From assembly GCA_951406725.2 (NCBI GenBank), contig OX597829.1, positions 7,936,001 to 8,000,000 of the forward strand: a stretch of 64,000 nt of DNA. Reading direction: 5' to 3'. This DNA comes from Octopus vulgaris. Taxonomy: Eukaryota. Below the pieces are notes generated by a model that did not search any database, was not told where the DNA came from, and saw only the letters and a program-made list of their open reading frames with translations. Both the position numbers and the translations under genes were made by a program. Every line of letters begins with the position of its first letter. Within the stretch, counting starts at the first letter, position 1. This document shows, one piece after another, positions 27,049 to 39,432 of this stretch.

Positions 27049-29049
27049 ATTATGTTATTCATCTATTCCTTTTTTGTACTCATTATCTACAGGTATAAAT
27101 TTACATAATATTAGCCTGTATTCTAAGTTTATATTAGTACTTTCTTCAATATATATCTTCACTTTATTTTATGTTATTTATTTACATATATACTCTTTTA
27201 AGCATATATGGATATATGCATATTAGCATTACTACATATTAGGTGTACCTGCACCTATGTATTTATCTGAATTTGTTCTCTAGTGTATCTATCTACTCAT
27301 TTAGGCATCTACTTATTTATTTATTTACTTATTTAAGTGTAGATATATACATATATATCAATTATTTATTTTAATAATTAATATATGGATACACGTATAC
27401 TGGTTTGTACTTATATTATGTATGTAATCTTAACTATTTCTTCTTTCTTATTTATTTTATCACATTTTTAACTTAAGTATTTACAATTTATTAACTTATA
27501 ATTAATTTAATTTCTGTTATTTACTTATATTTAACTGTATTAGTTAGTCCCCCATTGATATTATTGAATGCCAAATCTTGTTAATTATCACATTTGTTAA
27601 CTATGTCTCCACGGTTGCTTAAAAATATATTTTTATATATAAGTACTTTAAATGTTTTCTCGCGAGCCGCATATGAGTATGAACGGTGCGTTTGTTTATA
27701 TCTGATGATACACATGAGTATGTATATCTGAGTGTAATTCTATTAGCTCGTAGGTTAGGTTCCTTGTTGGTTAAATATTAATATTATAATGGCACTGGAT
27801 TTATTACGTAGAAAAGATATATATTTATAATATAAAAAATTAATCTATACTTTTTAACTTAGCGTACATGCGATTATGGCAAATTACGGTGAAATCAGTA
27901 ATCGTTATGTTGACTACAGAAAAAACCGGTGTTCACATACTGAGTGTACCCTGCGAAAATAACATCCGATGTCGTGATATATAATTATATGTATCTTTAA
28001 AACAAATATTTTATGGAAATATATGAGTGGATCTATTTTGTTAATTTTGTGGCATGTTTTTAGTTTTGGTAAGCTGAATGGCTGCATGGATAGGATTATA
28101 CCTCTTTTATTATTTATTTATTTATTTATGTGTTGGACTGGGTTTGTGGATATGTATGGGTATGAGTGTATGTGTGTGTGTATACATATAATTATGTATG
28201 TATGTGCGATTGATCTGTGGATGTGCGTGTGCGTTTCTTGACTAACTAACCGTAAAATTTCTTTTGTGATTCAAATTTTAAACTATAAGCCAATCGAATT
28301 AATCTAGAATAATCAATATTAAGCGGACAGAATAACCAGACTCTTAGTTATGTCGATATCCGGTATCTATTATTATTATTATTATTATTAATATTAATAG
28401 TAATTCTTATTGACTTTTGCAGGTTTATAATTTTATGAACTGAAATGTGGTTTTTTATTATTATTTTTCATGTATAGGTCTGATTTTAATTTAAATGTGA
28501 GTGTGCATATATTTTCCTGTGTGTTAACTTTTAGAACTATTAGCTCAATATGTAGAATAATTTTGCTTACTAATATATATTGATATATATTTTGTTTTAT
28601 TTTGTTTTGTTTATCTTGTATTATTGTATTAATGAATATATATATATGTATGTGTAGTATTATGGTGTCTATGCACACGTTTTTATATTTTACATTTTTA
28701 TATTTATATGTATATGAAAAAACTTTTTTCACAATTATAATTTATTAAATTCTCTGAAGAGGCCGTGGGGCATCCTTGTTAATGTCTCATTTATACCTGC
28801 CTTATATGGCTTATAGGTTAAATGAGGCATGATTGCCCTTACTGCCGAAACAGCTGTCAGATATGATATAATTACATATTATATTTTATATTTTATATTT
28901 CTATTTCCTTGTCTAATTATATTTACAATATATTTTGTATAATGCCTTTACTGTTATGTAATGGTGTAATAAAGTATTGATTGGGTATCATCTGATAGTT
29001 GATGTTTGATTGATTTAAGTATGTTTCTCCATTTTCTAATTTTGTAGCA
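27049..29049 (+). mobile_element. AT-rich non-coding segment ending in a family-A hammerhead/pLTR, probably the 3' remnant of a Penelope-like element
   Basis: 28750-29049 is homologous to 21800-22110 (ctctgaagaggccgtggggcatcc..; gatagttgatgttt..tctccatt.tctaattttgtag); bounded by microsatellite on both sides; whether the upstream 1.7 kb belongs to the element is uncertain. Confidence 0.55.
28748..28864 (+). ncRNA. type I hammerhead ribozyme motif (family A, second locus)
   Basis: tct-CTGAAGA(28754-60)-GGC..GCC-GAAAC(28847-51)-AGCT-GTC(28856-58)-aga; stem I tct/aga; long stem II retained. Confidence 0.78.
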
Positions 29050-29451
29050 TATATATATATACATACATACATATCTATATATATACACATACATACTTAT
29101 ATATATACATACGTATATATATACATATATATATATATACATACATACATACATATCTATATACACATACATATCTATATACATACATATCTATATACAC
29201 ATACATATCTATATACATACATACATATCTATATACACATACATATATATATACATATATACATACATATATACATATATACATACATATATATATACAT
29301 ATATACATACATATATATATACATATATACATACATACATACATACATATATACAAACATACATACATACATATATACAAACATACATACATACATACAT
29401 ACATACATACATACATACATACATACATACATACATACATACATACATACA

Positions 29452-29487
<36 letters not shown>

Positions 29488-29778
29488 TACATACATACAT
29501 ATATACATACATACATATATATATACATACATATATACATACATACATACATATATATATACACATACATACATACATATATATATACACATACATACAT
29601 ACATATATATATACACATACATACATACATATATATATATACACATACATACATACATATATATATACACATACATACATACATATATATATACACATAC
29701 ATACATACATATATATATACACATACATACATACATATATATATATACACATACATACATACATACATATATATATAC

Positions 29779-29841
<63 letters not shown>

Positions 29842-29885
29842 TATAATATACATATGTAATATACGTACTATATGCACACATACAC
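29050..29885. repeat. compound (TACA)n/(TA)n microsatellite
   Basis: Direct inspection. Confidence 0.97.
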
Positions 29886-30009
29886 TCACAGAATATTTAT
29901 ACTAAATTTGTCAGTTTGCATAAAAGGAAAAGAAAACACAAAACCCATCCAAAAACAGAAGTATTTTTAAACAAATCAAAAAATTCCTAGATTATAACTG
30001 GGAGATAAC

Positions 30010-30640
30010 AGTCTACTCAAAGAATCTGCCCTCAGCTTCCACAACAGAATCAAGATGACTTCAGAACCTTGTGCATGCATTCCTCATTGAGTCCTTAGGA
30101 AGGTCTTCGAACACCTCTTTGATACTGGCCACCATCTCAGCCTTCGTGTTACAGTCAGAGTAGTTAGTACCTTTCTCAACCATGCTCCACACATTGTAAT
30201 CCATGCAATTAACCACTGGAGAAACTAAGAGGCTCAAAAGTGTTGGCTAGTGAAGTTGTAGAAGTTCTGCAACAACGACTTCTGATTCTTTACACGCATA
30301 CATGGTCTTCCAGTCACAACCATCTCCAGCCAGGGATTGACCACTGTCTCCAGCAGCTTCACATAATACTCTATTCAAAGATGTGAGGATGAACTCTGGC
30401 ACGTGGACACTATCAGAATGCCTGCCACGTCCTTCCTTGTAGGCCACATCTTTGTAGTCATGATTGCAGTTGTGTATGTGACATCTTGCAGCATTTACAG
30501 GGTTCACAGAGCATTGAGTAGCAATCATGATGCCTGCATTTTGATACCCAGCACGAATCATCATGATAGAGGATAACTCTTCTTTTCTTTTTTTTTCCAA
30601 TATTCAGATGGCTTCCAGTCCGCTATTTCTGCTAACTTTC
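30010..30640 (-). pseudogene. degraded, internally deleted Tc1/mariner (maT/DD37D-like) transposase
   Basis: The minus strand near 30180-30240 gives a degenerate WPPxSPDxNPxDYxVW motif (..MDYNVWS); ORF 30247..30600 resembles the N-terminus of the element at 53211 (RxRHSDSVxxPEFI). Confidence 0.6.
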
Positions 30641-33295
30641 CCTATCTATTCACTAAATATACATATATATACACTATGTATGTATGTACATGAATATGTG
30701 TTTATATATGTATTAAAACACACATATGTATGTATGTACGTATGTATTTACAAATACACCTGCACATATGTTGAATTAAATTTCTATGTTTAAAACATCT
30801 AAAGCTATATACTGAAGGTGACTTTGAAGAAATAACTTCTGAGAGCAAAGTGTCAAATCCTTCAAAATTCTAAATAGCATTTAGATGACTTCCATTACAG
30901 TAATAAGAAGAAACAACCCAGTCAAATTAAGAATGAGTTAAAGTGAATTACTGGTACCTATACAATAAAAACCAAGAAACTATTAGTATACTAACACAAT
31001 ATCAGATTATATAGACATCCCCCACCAAAAAAAGACTTTGGATATATCCACCAAGTTACTATAGCATAGTAAATGTTGTTGCTAGTGTTGTTGTATAGTA
31101 AATATAATTGGGAATATTATTTCCATGCTCTCAAGAGATTCTGAAGAAGATTCAAGACATATGCAGTAGAGTGTGACTCTTCTGCCTTTCCATTTAAACT
31201 GAGAGTCCCAGAAGCACATGTGCTTCACCAGACTCACATAGTACAAAGGGAAAAAATTCAAAGCATTAGTAGAAAGAGTGGTGGTGCTTAAAGATTTTTA
31301 TGTTGTTTCTATAAACCAAAGGTTACTGCTGAAATATGGTCATAGCTGTAAACCCATTCACACTAATGTCTCAAGAGATTAAAACACTCGAATTTTGAGT
31401 GCTGCAGAGAAAAGTAAAGCAATATGTCTGATATTAGTTTGAAAGCAAAGAAATTCAACTGAAGTGCATTGCTGAAAAGCACAATGAAAGGTTCTAAGCA
31501 CTTTTGACCTATATTACTGGGATCCTGTAATTTACCATCCAACAATTTCCTATCCCATATTAGCTGACAAAGTGTGAAATGTATTTATGAATGAGATTCC
31601 TTGTTAATGTATTTAAGTAGTGGAAATTAGAAGTATTTTGATTAAATACGTTACATTAATTTCAGTATTGATGATGGGACAAACAGCATAAGGGATTTAA
31701 TTCCTATTTTTGAATGATGCAAGGTAGTGTAAATTCTATTTAGTTCTACAAAGAGGTCAAAGTTTCATATTTCAAATAGGGCTATGGTGGAATTTGTGAG
31801 TCTATGAAGCTATAATAATTCCAGATTTAAATGTCACATAATATTGAAAGATTATGACAAAAATTTAATTATGAAGGGGAAAAAGGGGGGTAAAAAAATA
31901 GATCAATGGAATATATTTCAAGTATATTATGCAATGAATGAAAATAACTGGAAAAAAAATTAAGCCTCAAAATAGCAGAGAGGAGGAAAGGAAAAGCTTT
32001 TGAAATTATATCAGGAAATGCAGTTTTGAGGAGATAAGCTATAAAAGAGGGAAAAGGAGTTAAAAAATACTGATATAATGAAACACAGAGAAAGACATTA
32101 AAAAAAAAAAAGGCGGGGAACATAGTTTAAGAAAGTAAAATGGAAAAAAAAAAGTATTGCCTGACATAAGAAAATAATCTAGCACTGACTCAGAATACGA
32201 TATTTCATGTAGTCACTGATTTATTAGCAGTCACAAACATGTACATAAAAGTTGCCTTCCTTAGTAGCTAACACATCATCTCCATTAAGAAATTTACACT
32301 AAGTACCTTTTTCTTTAGGCTTACACATCACACTTAGACATTCATTTTTATCTATTAATTCTTGCAATCAGAGATTATAACACTTATGAAAGAATTATTT
32401 CAGCCTAATCTCAAAGAGTGAAACATATTTTAAAATGCTTAGTGAAAAGAGTAAAATAAAATTCAAATGCAATATTATTACGCAAACTGACAATACACTT
32501 TCATATGTATTTATTCCTTCTAAATGTACAGTATACAAAGTTTAGGCACCTTTCAAAGTGTTCTATCATTTTGCTTTCATTTTGATATTATTAGTTCAGC
32601 CACAACTTTAGCAGCTACAAAAACAAAAACAAAAAGGCTACAAAGCAATGAGTCCTGAGGAGAAAATATATATAGTTTTACCAACATCACTACAAGCCTC
32701 TACACCTGAAATTCGAGCAGTGGTAGCAGAACAACAGTAAAATGCTTCTTGAATCATTCTTCCATTTTTAGCAGAACTAGTTGAGAATCAATGGGCCATT
32801 TATCTAGCAATTCGATATCATAGGTGATCACAAAAATTTGTTTCTGTATCAACCACTCTTTACTTTTTGTTTGCCATACTTCTGATTCAAAGTTAAGATT
32901 AACTACATATGAAAGCTGTTAATATCTTAGAATCCATTGAGAAATAGTTCTTTGGATGATGGTAAACATGAATGAGAAGATTCAGTGAGCATGCAGGATG
33001 ATACTCTAAAGAATGTATGTCAGAATGCTATGAAGGAATATCTACAAGAAATACTTCTCTCTTTATAAAATGCTTTGACAAATCAATGGCAAAAACCAAG
33101 GGAGTTAGTAGAAACTTTTGTTTTAAGAAAACTTTTGTTTTCTAATCAATAGAAATCAAAATTAAAATAAAATGGTGTGAGAAAGAGAGAGAAAACATGT
33201 ACACATGCGCAAGCACTTGTGTGTTTATCTAATGACTCAAATTTCAAGCCACTGCAAGTTTCAGGTGTGAACATTAGAGAGAGAGATATTCATAC

Positions 33296-33333
<38 letters not shown>

Positions 33334-33473
33334 GTAGATAAAATACATTTAAGTATGTGTGTGCTTCAGGTGTGAACATTAGAGAGATGGATAACATAAC
33401 TTCATATATGCATATAATACATATAAATGCATTCATGTGTGTGCATGTGCATTTAATATACAGATTCCATATA

Positions 33474-35960
33474 CATCATTACCATTTAACATCCATGTTC
33501 CATGCTCACATGAGTTGCATGGTTTGACAAGATCTGATGGGTCCAAGGACTAAATCATACTCCAGTGTCTGCTTTGATTTCTATGGCTGGATGCCATTCC
33601 TAATGCCAACCACTGTACAGTGTCCTTTTTTTTTTCTTGTCACCAGGACTAGTGAGGTGGTCAAGCAGCTTGCAAGATTATGAAACCCAAGGAGGAAGGA
33701 GCTGGGTTTATAGTAGGAAATGAAAGGTTAGAACAGAATAGAAATGGTTGTAGAGTCGATGGGGAGGACAAGAGAGGGATGACATGCAGTTGGGTAAGCC
33801 ACGGAAGTTGGGGGAGGAAAGAGACAGGCACAATTCATGAGGAGAGGCAATAGAGTGGTTCAGTGGGGAATGGTGAATGAGCACAGAGAGGATGATATTA
33901 ATGGATGAAGAATGGCTAACAAGAAAAAATATGGTATTTAGAGAGACATGCAGTAAGAAGAGATGATGGGTGGTGTGTGATGAGGAGTCGATTGGACAAG
34001 GTGCTCATTTGCATATGTGATCACACACACAGCTTCTAGAAGTCGGTTTTGCCATGGCAGGCAAGTTTTCTTGGAAAACACTTATCGCCAAACATACCAG
34101 TCTTTTGTCATCTCTTCTGTGGGGCTCATGGTCCTGAGATCAGCCTTCACCACTTTATCTCATGTTTTCTGTGATCTTTCTCTCTTACAATCTTCATCCA
34201 CATTAAGCTTTCAACACTTTTTCATACAAGTTTCCTAATCCATATGCATCAGTCTTCTTTCTTGCACACTACATCTGATTCCTCTAATGCCTAGTTTTTC
34301 TCTCAGCATATTTATATTATTCATGCTTACATCCCTTATCCAATAAAGCATGCCTGCTTCATTTTTTTCCAGTTTTCTCAAGTCCTCAGCATTCATGACT
34401 GAAGTCTCATAGCAAAGAGGGTTTTAGTATGTAGGAAAGAAGAGACTTTGGTCCTTCAGAGAAATGAATGGCAGGATTTGCTAAGTGTACTTTTAGACCT
34501 CTCAAATCTAAGTTTAGCTTCCACTCTAATTCCCTTATAGATTCATCAATGAAAACTAAAGCACCAACATACATGAGCTCCTATTGACAGCCAGCCTTAA
34601 GCTCCTCCATGAAAGCCTGTAAGACTATTAGGAACAGGAGGGTCCTGAGCACTGAGTTTTGATGGACTCCCACCTTCACACTAAATTTACCATTGAAGTC
34701 ACCGTTCAGTCACCATTCAGTCTACTTACTGCATCTTGTACATAATTTATAAGCCCTTTGTCAATGGCATATAATAGCTGTACAAGCCATGGACAATGTT
34801 TCTTCAGTGACCATCGGATTACTGTAGTCTTTTTAGTGACCACCACATCATCGTATGTGGTACCTATTCAAACCCCTGCTCCACGTCAGCAAAAGCCAGG
34901 AATAATGACTTACTTTTAGCCAAGTATTTCTCCTGCAGTTGCTTCATTAGGAAGATTGCAACCTTAGGACCTCTTCCCGGCACAAAACCAAACTGTATCA
35001 CATCTTGGGCTACCCTGTCATAAATCAACTATGCTATGACTCTCTGTGATCTTCATAACCTGATATAGTACTTTGATTTCACTTTAGTTGCTTCTCTAGA
35101 AGTCACCACAAGGTAGCTCATCTTGTTCTTCGTGTTCAACAGCCTCTCATACACTGGCACTTACATACCACTTTCTTTTTTTCTACATTGATGGCATGTA
35201 TACCTTCATCAATTCAAATTCACTTCATGACACATCAGTTCTCCCTCACACATTGTCTTGTGTACTCCTGAACATCTCATACCTCTCATCCTCAGGATAC
35301 AAAACATGCACAAATCTCTTCTTCTGTGTCCTTACTCTTAGCCAAATAAACTCATTGCCTAGTAGCTTTTGCAGCCATTTGATAATGCTCCTTACAACCA
35401 CTTTTCTTCCAGGTTTTCCAACTCCGTCTCCTTGCTTTTATTGCCCTACCAGTTGTATCATTTCATCACTATGCTACTTTCAGCTGGGTTCAGGACTTCA
35501 CCACATCCATATATCTGTGATCTATCCCTGAGCAACTTATCTCATAGAAATTCTCAGTTTTCATCTATGCTACACATATCTAAATCCGTCTTGTTACACT
35601 TGTAGCATCAAAATTTCACTAAATCTTTTTTCAATTGCAGGATATTTTTAGTTTCCATATCTTTCTTCTCCATGTCATTTATTTCTGTATCTGCCAAGTT
35701 CTGACTCAGAAATCACTAACCACTAATCTACCTTGTGTATTGTATTCTTTCCAGGAAATGTTTTGGCAGTTACAGCACTTCGGCCCCTTTTCCTCATGAG
35801 AATTTAACCTGTCTGACTTGTGTGTACACCAAATTGGTAAATGATGAGATGGTTGTGCTGCAAATTGTCACACAAGTCAATAAGCCTTACACTCTCCTCA
35901 CTTCTTGTATCACATATGCCACCAGGATGTTAGTCAACATGACTACTAAAGTCAACTAAA
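33474..35960 (-). mobile_element. old degenerate RTE LINE (3' tail, RT region, part of upstream ORF)
   Basis: Tail catcattaccatttaacatccatgttccatgc at 33474; 34520-35100 is homologous to the RT core of 51130-51700 (gatggactcccacc, aagtatttctcctgcagttg, ggcacaaaaccaaactg). Confidence 0.75.
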
Positions 35961-36189
35961 TCACATATACATGTATCGCCATTGTCGTCAGTTTAATGCA
36001 TAAGTTTGATGGAATTTGTTGAGGAGGATTTTCTATGGCTTGATGCCTTTCCTGTTGCAAATCCTCACCAGTTTCAAAGTAAAGTAATATTTCCCCATGA
36101 TCCAACATATTTCTGTGAAAAATTGCACTATGATGATATTCATTTACAGTTATCACATGAAATCTGGGGAGGAAACACACACACACACT

Positions 36190-36305
36190 AGGCTTCTTTC
36201 AGTTTTGGGCAGCTAAAGGCTAAAATAGAAGACACATGTCTAAGGTATCACACAGCAGTACTAAACATGGTGGTTGAGAGGCAAACTTCTTACCATGCAG
36301 CTACA
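36190..36305 (-). mobile_element. CORE-type SINE fragment
   Basis: ggcttctttcagttt..tagaagacac..aaggtatcacacag..cttcttaccatgcagc. Confidence 0.6.
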
Positions 36306-36341
36306 TGTGAAGCTCTAAATTTCACACACACACACACACAC

Positions 36342-36428
<87 letters not shown>

Positions 36429-36829
36429 TTGAAAATATCTTCACATGAGTAAATTTATATTAAAACAAAAATTGAATAATATTCATTGAGAATTTTATCA
36501 TGAATAAAAGAAACAAAGTATTTACATTTTCATCAAAACGAAAAATCATGTGAGCTGTTACTTCAATGACCGAGTAGCTATCAGAGGAAAATGAATATCA
36601 GCTTCATGAGTTGTTTCTTTTTAAGAAAACATAAACTTATGCAACTGATATCATGAAAGATTAATGTAACTAAATTTACTTTAATTTATTTTCATTTTAA
36701 CATGACTAAATCATCATTTTCAAGCAATAGAAATCAGTAGCATGTTTTGATAAACATCTTCATATTTTGTTTTATCCATGAAAAAGATCTCCAATCATTT
36801 TCTTTTTCTTTTTTCAAATATGTATATAT

Positions 36830-38135
36830 ATAGTTAAATTTACAGAAAAACAAAGGGCAAAGACAGGTATAGGAACAACAAGCAGGTGTATTAGTTTAAT
36901 GCTCAGAAAAAATAGAAAAGTCTTTTATGTTTTGAGCCTATGCTCTTCAACGGAAAGGAATAAGAGGGAAAAAATGGAGAGAGAGAGAATGAGAAAAAAC
37001 GGAGAGAGAAAACTGTGTAAAGTTCGGTGGCCCAACATGGCAAGATGACTGGAAAAAAGAAAGTCGAATGAAAGGGAGATAATAATGGTAATCCCAACAA
37101 ACTAAGATGCACAAGCATGAGTGTGTATGGAAGAATGGTGTGTGTGAGTGTTCATGTGTGTATTTGTGAAAGGGGGTGAGTGACGTATATGTGTGTAACG
37201 TGTGTGTGTTATGTGTAGCAGTTGATGTGTGCTTTTTCAATTGGTGTGTGCATATGTATGTGTAACCAAATAGTGTTCATGCTTGTGGGTGAAAATTATC
37301 TTGCATGTGTTTATGCATGTTCCATGTGTTTATGCATGCTGTGTGTGTGTGTGTATTGTCGGTGTTCAGGTATTACGTGCTTGTGATCATGTGGGAGTGT
37401 GCATGATGGTGTATGGTGCGCTAAACAGTGTGTGTGGCTGCTCATATAGTGGTTCATATAGTGGTTCACGCTATTGAAGACTGTGTGAGAGTGTGTGGAT
37501 AACAGTGTTTGGTATGGGTGCTGAGAAGTGGTCAGTGCTAGTGATTGTGGAGTGGGAAGGTGTTATGAAGGTATGTGTGTGTGTGTGTGTATGAAATGAG
37601 TGATGAGTTGGACAGTATGGGTATGTATAGTAGTGTGTGTCTGGTGTGGATACTGAGGTGGGTAGTATGCAAGAGTGTACGTGGAGGGAGCAGTTGACTG
37701 TGGGAGGTGTGTGGGAATCCAAGTGGTGTTGGTGTCAAGAGGAAGTGAGTTGAACCCATATGGTGCAAAGGAACAAAGAGAGGAGGTGGGTTGAGCCCAT
37801 ATGACACAAAGACAAAGGCAGAATCCCAGGTAACCCCTATTCAGAGACAGTCCAAACATAGACAGATGTTGTAGCATATAACCAGTAGAGTGGAAGTGGT
37901 AGAAGATCGGGGTGTCATTGCCAAATCTGATGTTTGAGAGGTACTTTGCGAACCAGTCAGCCAAGTTGAGTCCCATTTGACCAATGTAAAGGGAAGGTCA
38001 GAGAGAGTAAGGGATGCAGTAAATAACATTACTAGAGGTGCAGGTAAAGGAGTCAGTGACATGATAGGGATGGTGATGGGTGCCTGTGAGGATGGTAGAG
38101 TTGGAAAGGTAGAGGAAGGTGCAACAGTGTGGAAG
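36830..38135 (-). mobile_element. Penelope-like retroelement 3' fragment (Neptune-like GIY-YIG endonuclease remnant, 3' UTR and terminal repeat)
   Basis: Minus-strand translation across frames gives DSFTCTSSNVIYCIPYSL..LYIGQMGLNLADWFAKYLSNIR..PIFYHFHSTG..HLSMFGL..APYGFN, matching the PLE GIY-YIG layout; terminal segment 36830-36990 is homologous to 46530-46690. Confidence 0.8.
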
Positions 38136-38139
38136 ACAT

Positions 38140-38500
38140 GCATACAGACAGACAGACAGACACTGACAGATACAGACAGATACAGACAGATACAGACAGA
38201 GACAGACAGAGACAGACAGACAGACAGACAGACATACACACAGACAGACAGACACAGACAGACAGACAGAGAGAGACAGATACATATACAGACACAGACA
38301 GATACAGACATACAGACAGAGACAGATACAGACAGAGACAGACACAGACAGAGACAGACAGACAGATACAGACAGACAGACACATACAGATACAGACAGA
38401 CAGACACAGACAGATACAGACAGACAGACAGACTGAGACAGATACAGACAGACAAACAGAGACAGACAGAGACACACATACACACACACACACATACAGC
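38140..38500. repeat. (GACA)n/(GATACA)n compound microsatellite
   Basis: Direct inspection. Confidence 0.95.
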
Positions 38501-38609
38501 ATGCAAGGGATATTTGAAGACACTCTTTAAATTGAATAAAAGCTTTTCATTTCTTTTAAATCCCCCCAAAACAGATACAATGTTAACACAAAAAAACTAA
38601 ATATGTTAT

Positions 38610-39020
38610 TACTGCCATATTTGCAACACACGGCAATTCAGAAAAATGCCTACTTTCTAAATTTTGCAAGATCTTTTGTACATAAAGTCTAGATATAACT
38701 GGAAGCCTCTGGCAGAAATGTTTCAACTGTATCAAAAACAAAAACAAAAAAAAAACATTCTAAATGGCCACACACAATAAGGACAACCACAATTCATGCA
38801 ACAGGTTGAAAAACTTTATAGATAATGATCCCAGAAAATCACTGAGGTCAATTGCCAAAGAAATTTAGATGCCAGAGTGGGCTAACAGAATTGTACTGCA
38901 TAAAGACATTCAATACAAGTCGTATGTATTGTGCAGAGACGAATTCATATCTGCAAAGACACTGGAAAACTGATCTCTAAGAAGGGGTTACTGAACATGA
39001 TTAAAACGTCATGAACGTTA
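38610..39020 (+). pseudogene. degraded maT/Tc1-like transposase N-terminal fragment
   Basis: Fragmentary translation ARSFVHKV..LEASG..IDNDPRKSLRSIAKE..LHKDIQYKSYVL parallels 53344-53720. Confidence 0.6.
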
Positions 39021-39229
39021 CATGCTAAGGATCTTCTCTGACTGTAAATGCTAACTCACCAGCCTCTGTACAGATTACGAAGGCATGAATAATAGAAGTA
39101 AGGAAAAGTAGAGACATGAATGGTAGTGACAAAAAAAAAGGTTTAACAGAAGCATAAATGTTAGAACTCAGAGTTCTTAGTTTGGTGAATATATTCAAGT
39201 CAATATAACTGAGATGTTATGGCTGTGTG

Positions 39230-39432
39230 ATCATCATCATCATCATCATTTAACATCCACCTTCCATGCCGGCATGGGTTGAATGATTTGACAGGAGCCT
39301 GCACCAGACTTCTGTGTCTGTTTTAGCAGGGTTTTTATGAATGGATGCCCTTCCTAACACTAACTACCCAGCATAGTGCTTTTTATGTGGCACATGCAGC
39401 AGGTGAGGTCAGTTTTGGTAAGGTTTTTACAG
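39230..39432 (-). mobile_element. RTE tail-only copy
   Basis: (CAT)n-ttaacatccaccttccatgccggcatgggttg..ggatgcccttcctaac. Confidence 0.75.

Noticed and set aside
27702-27760. CTGATGA followed by a tacac/gtgta stem, a possible hammerhead
   Set aside because: No GAAA follows the stem and there is no stem III or cleavage triplet; at best a decayed relic.
37841-38600. ORFs rich in QTDR or SVCL repeats
   Set aside because: Translations of the (GACA)n microsatellite fused to a Penelope-like fragment.
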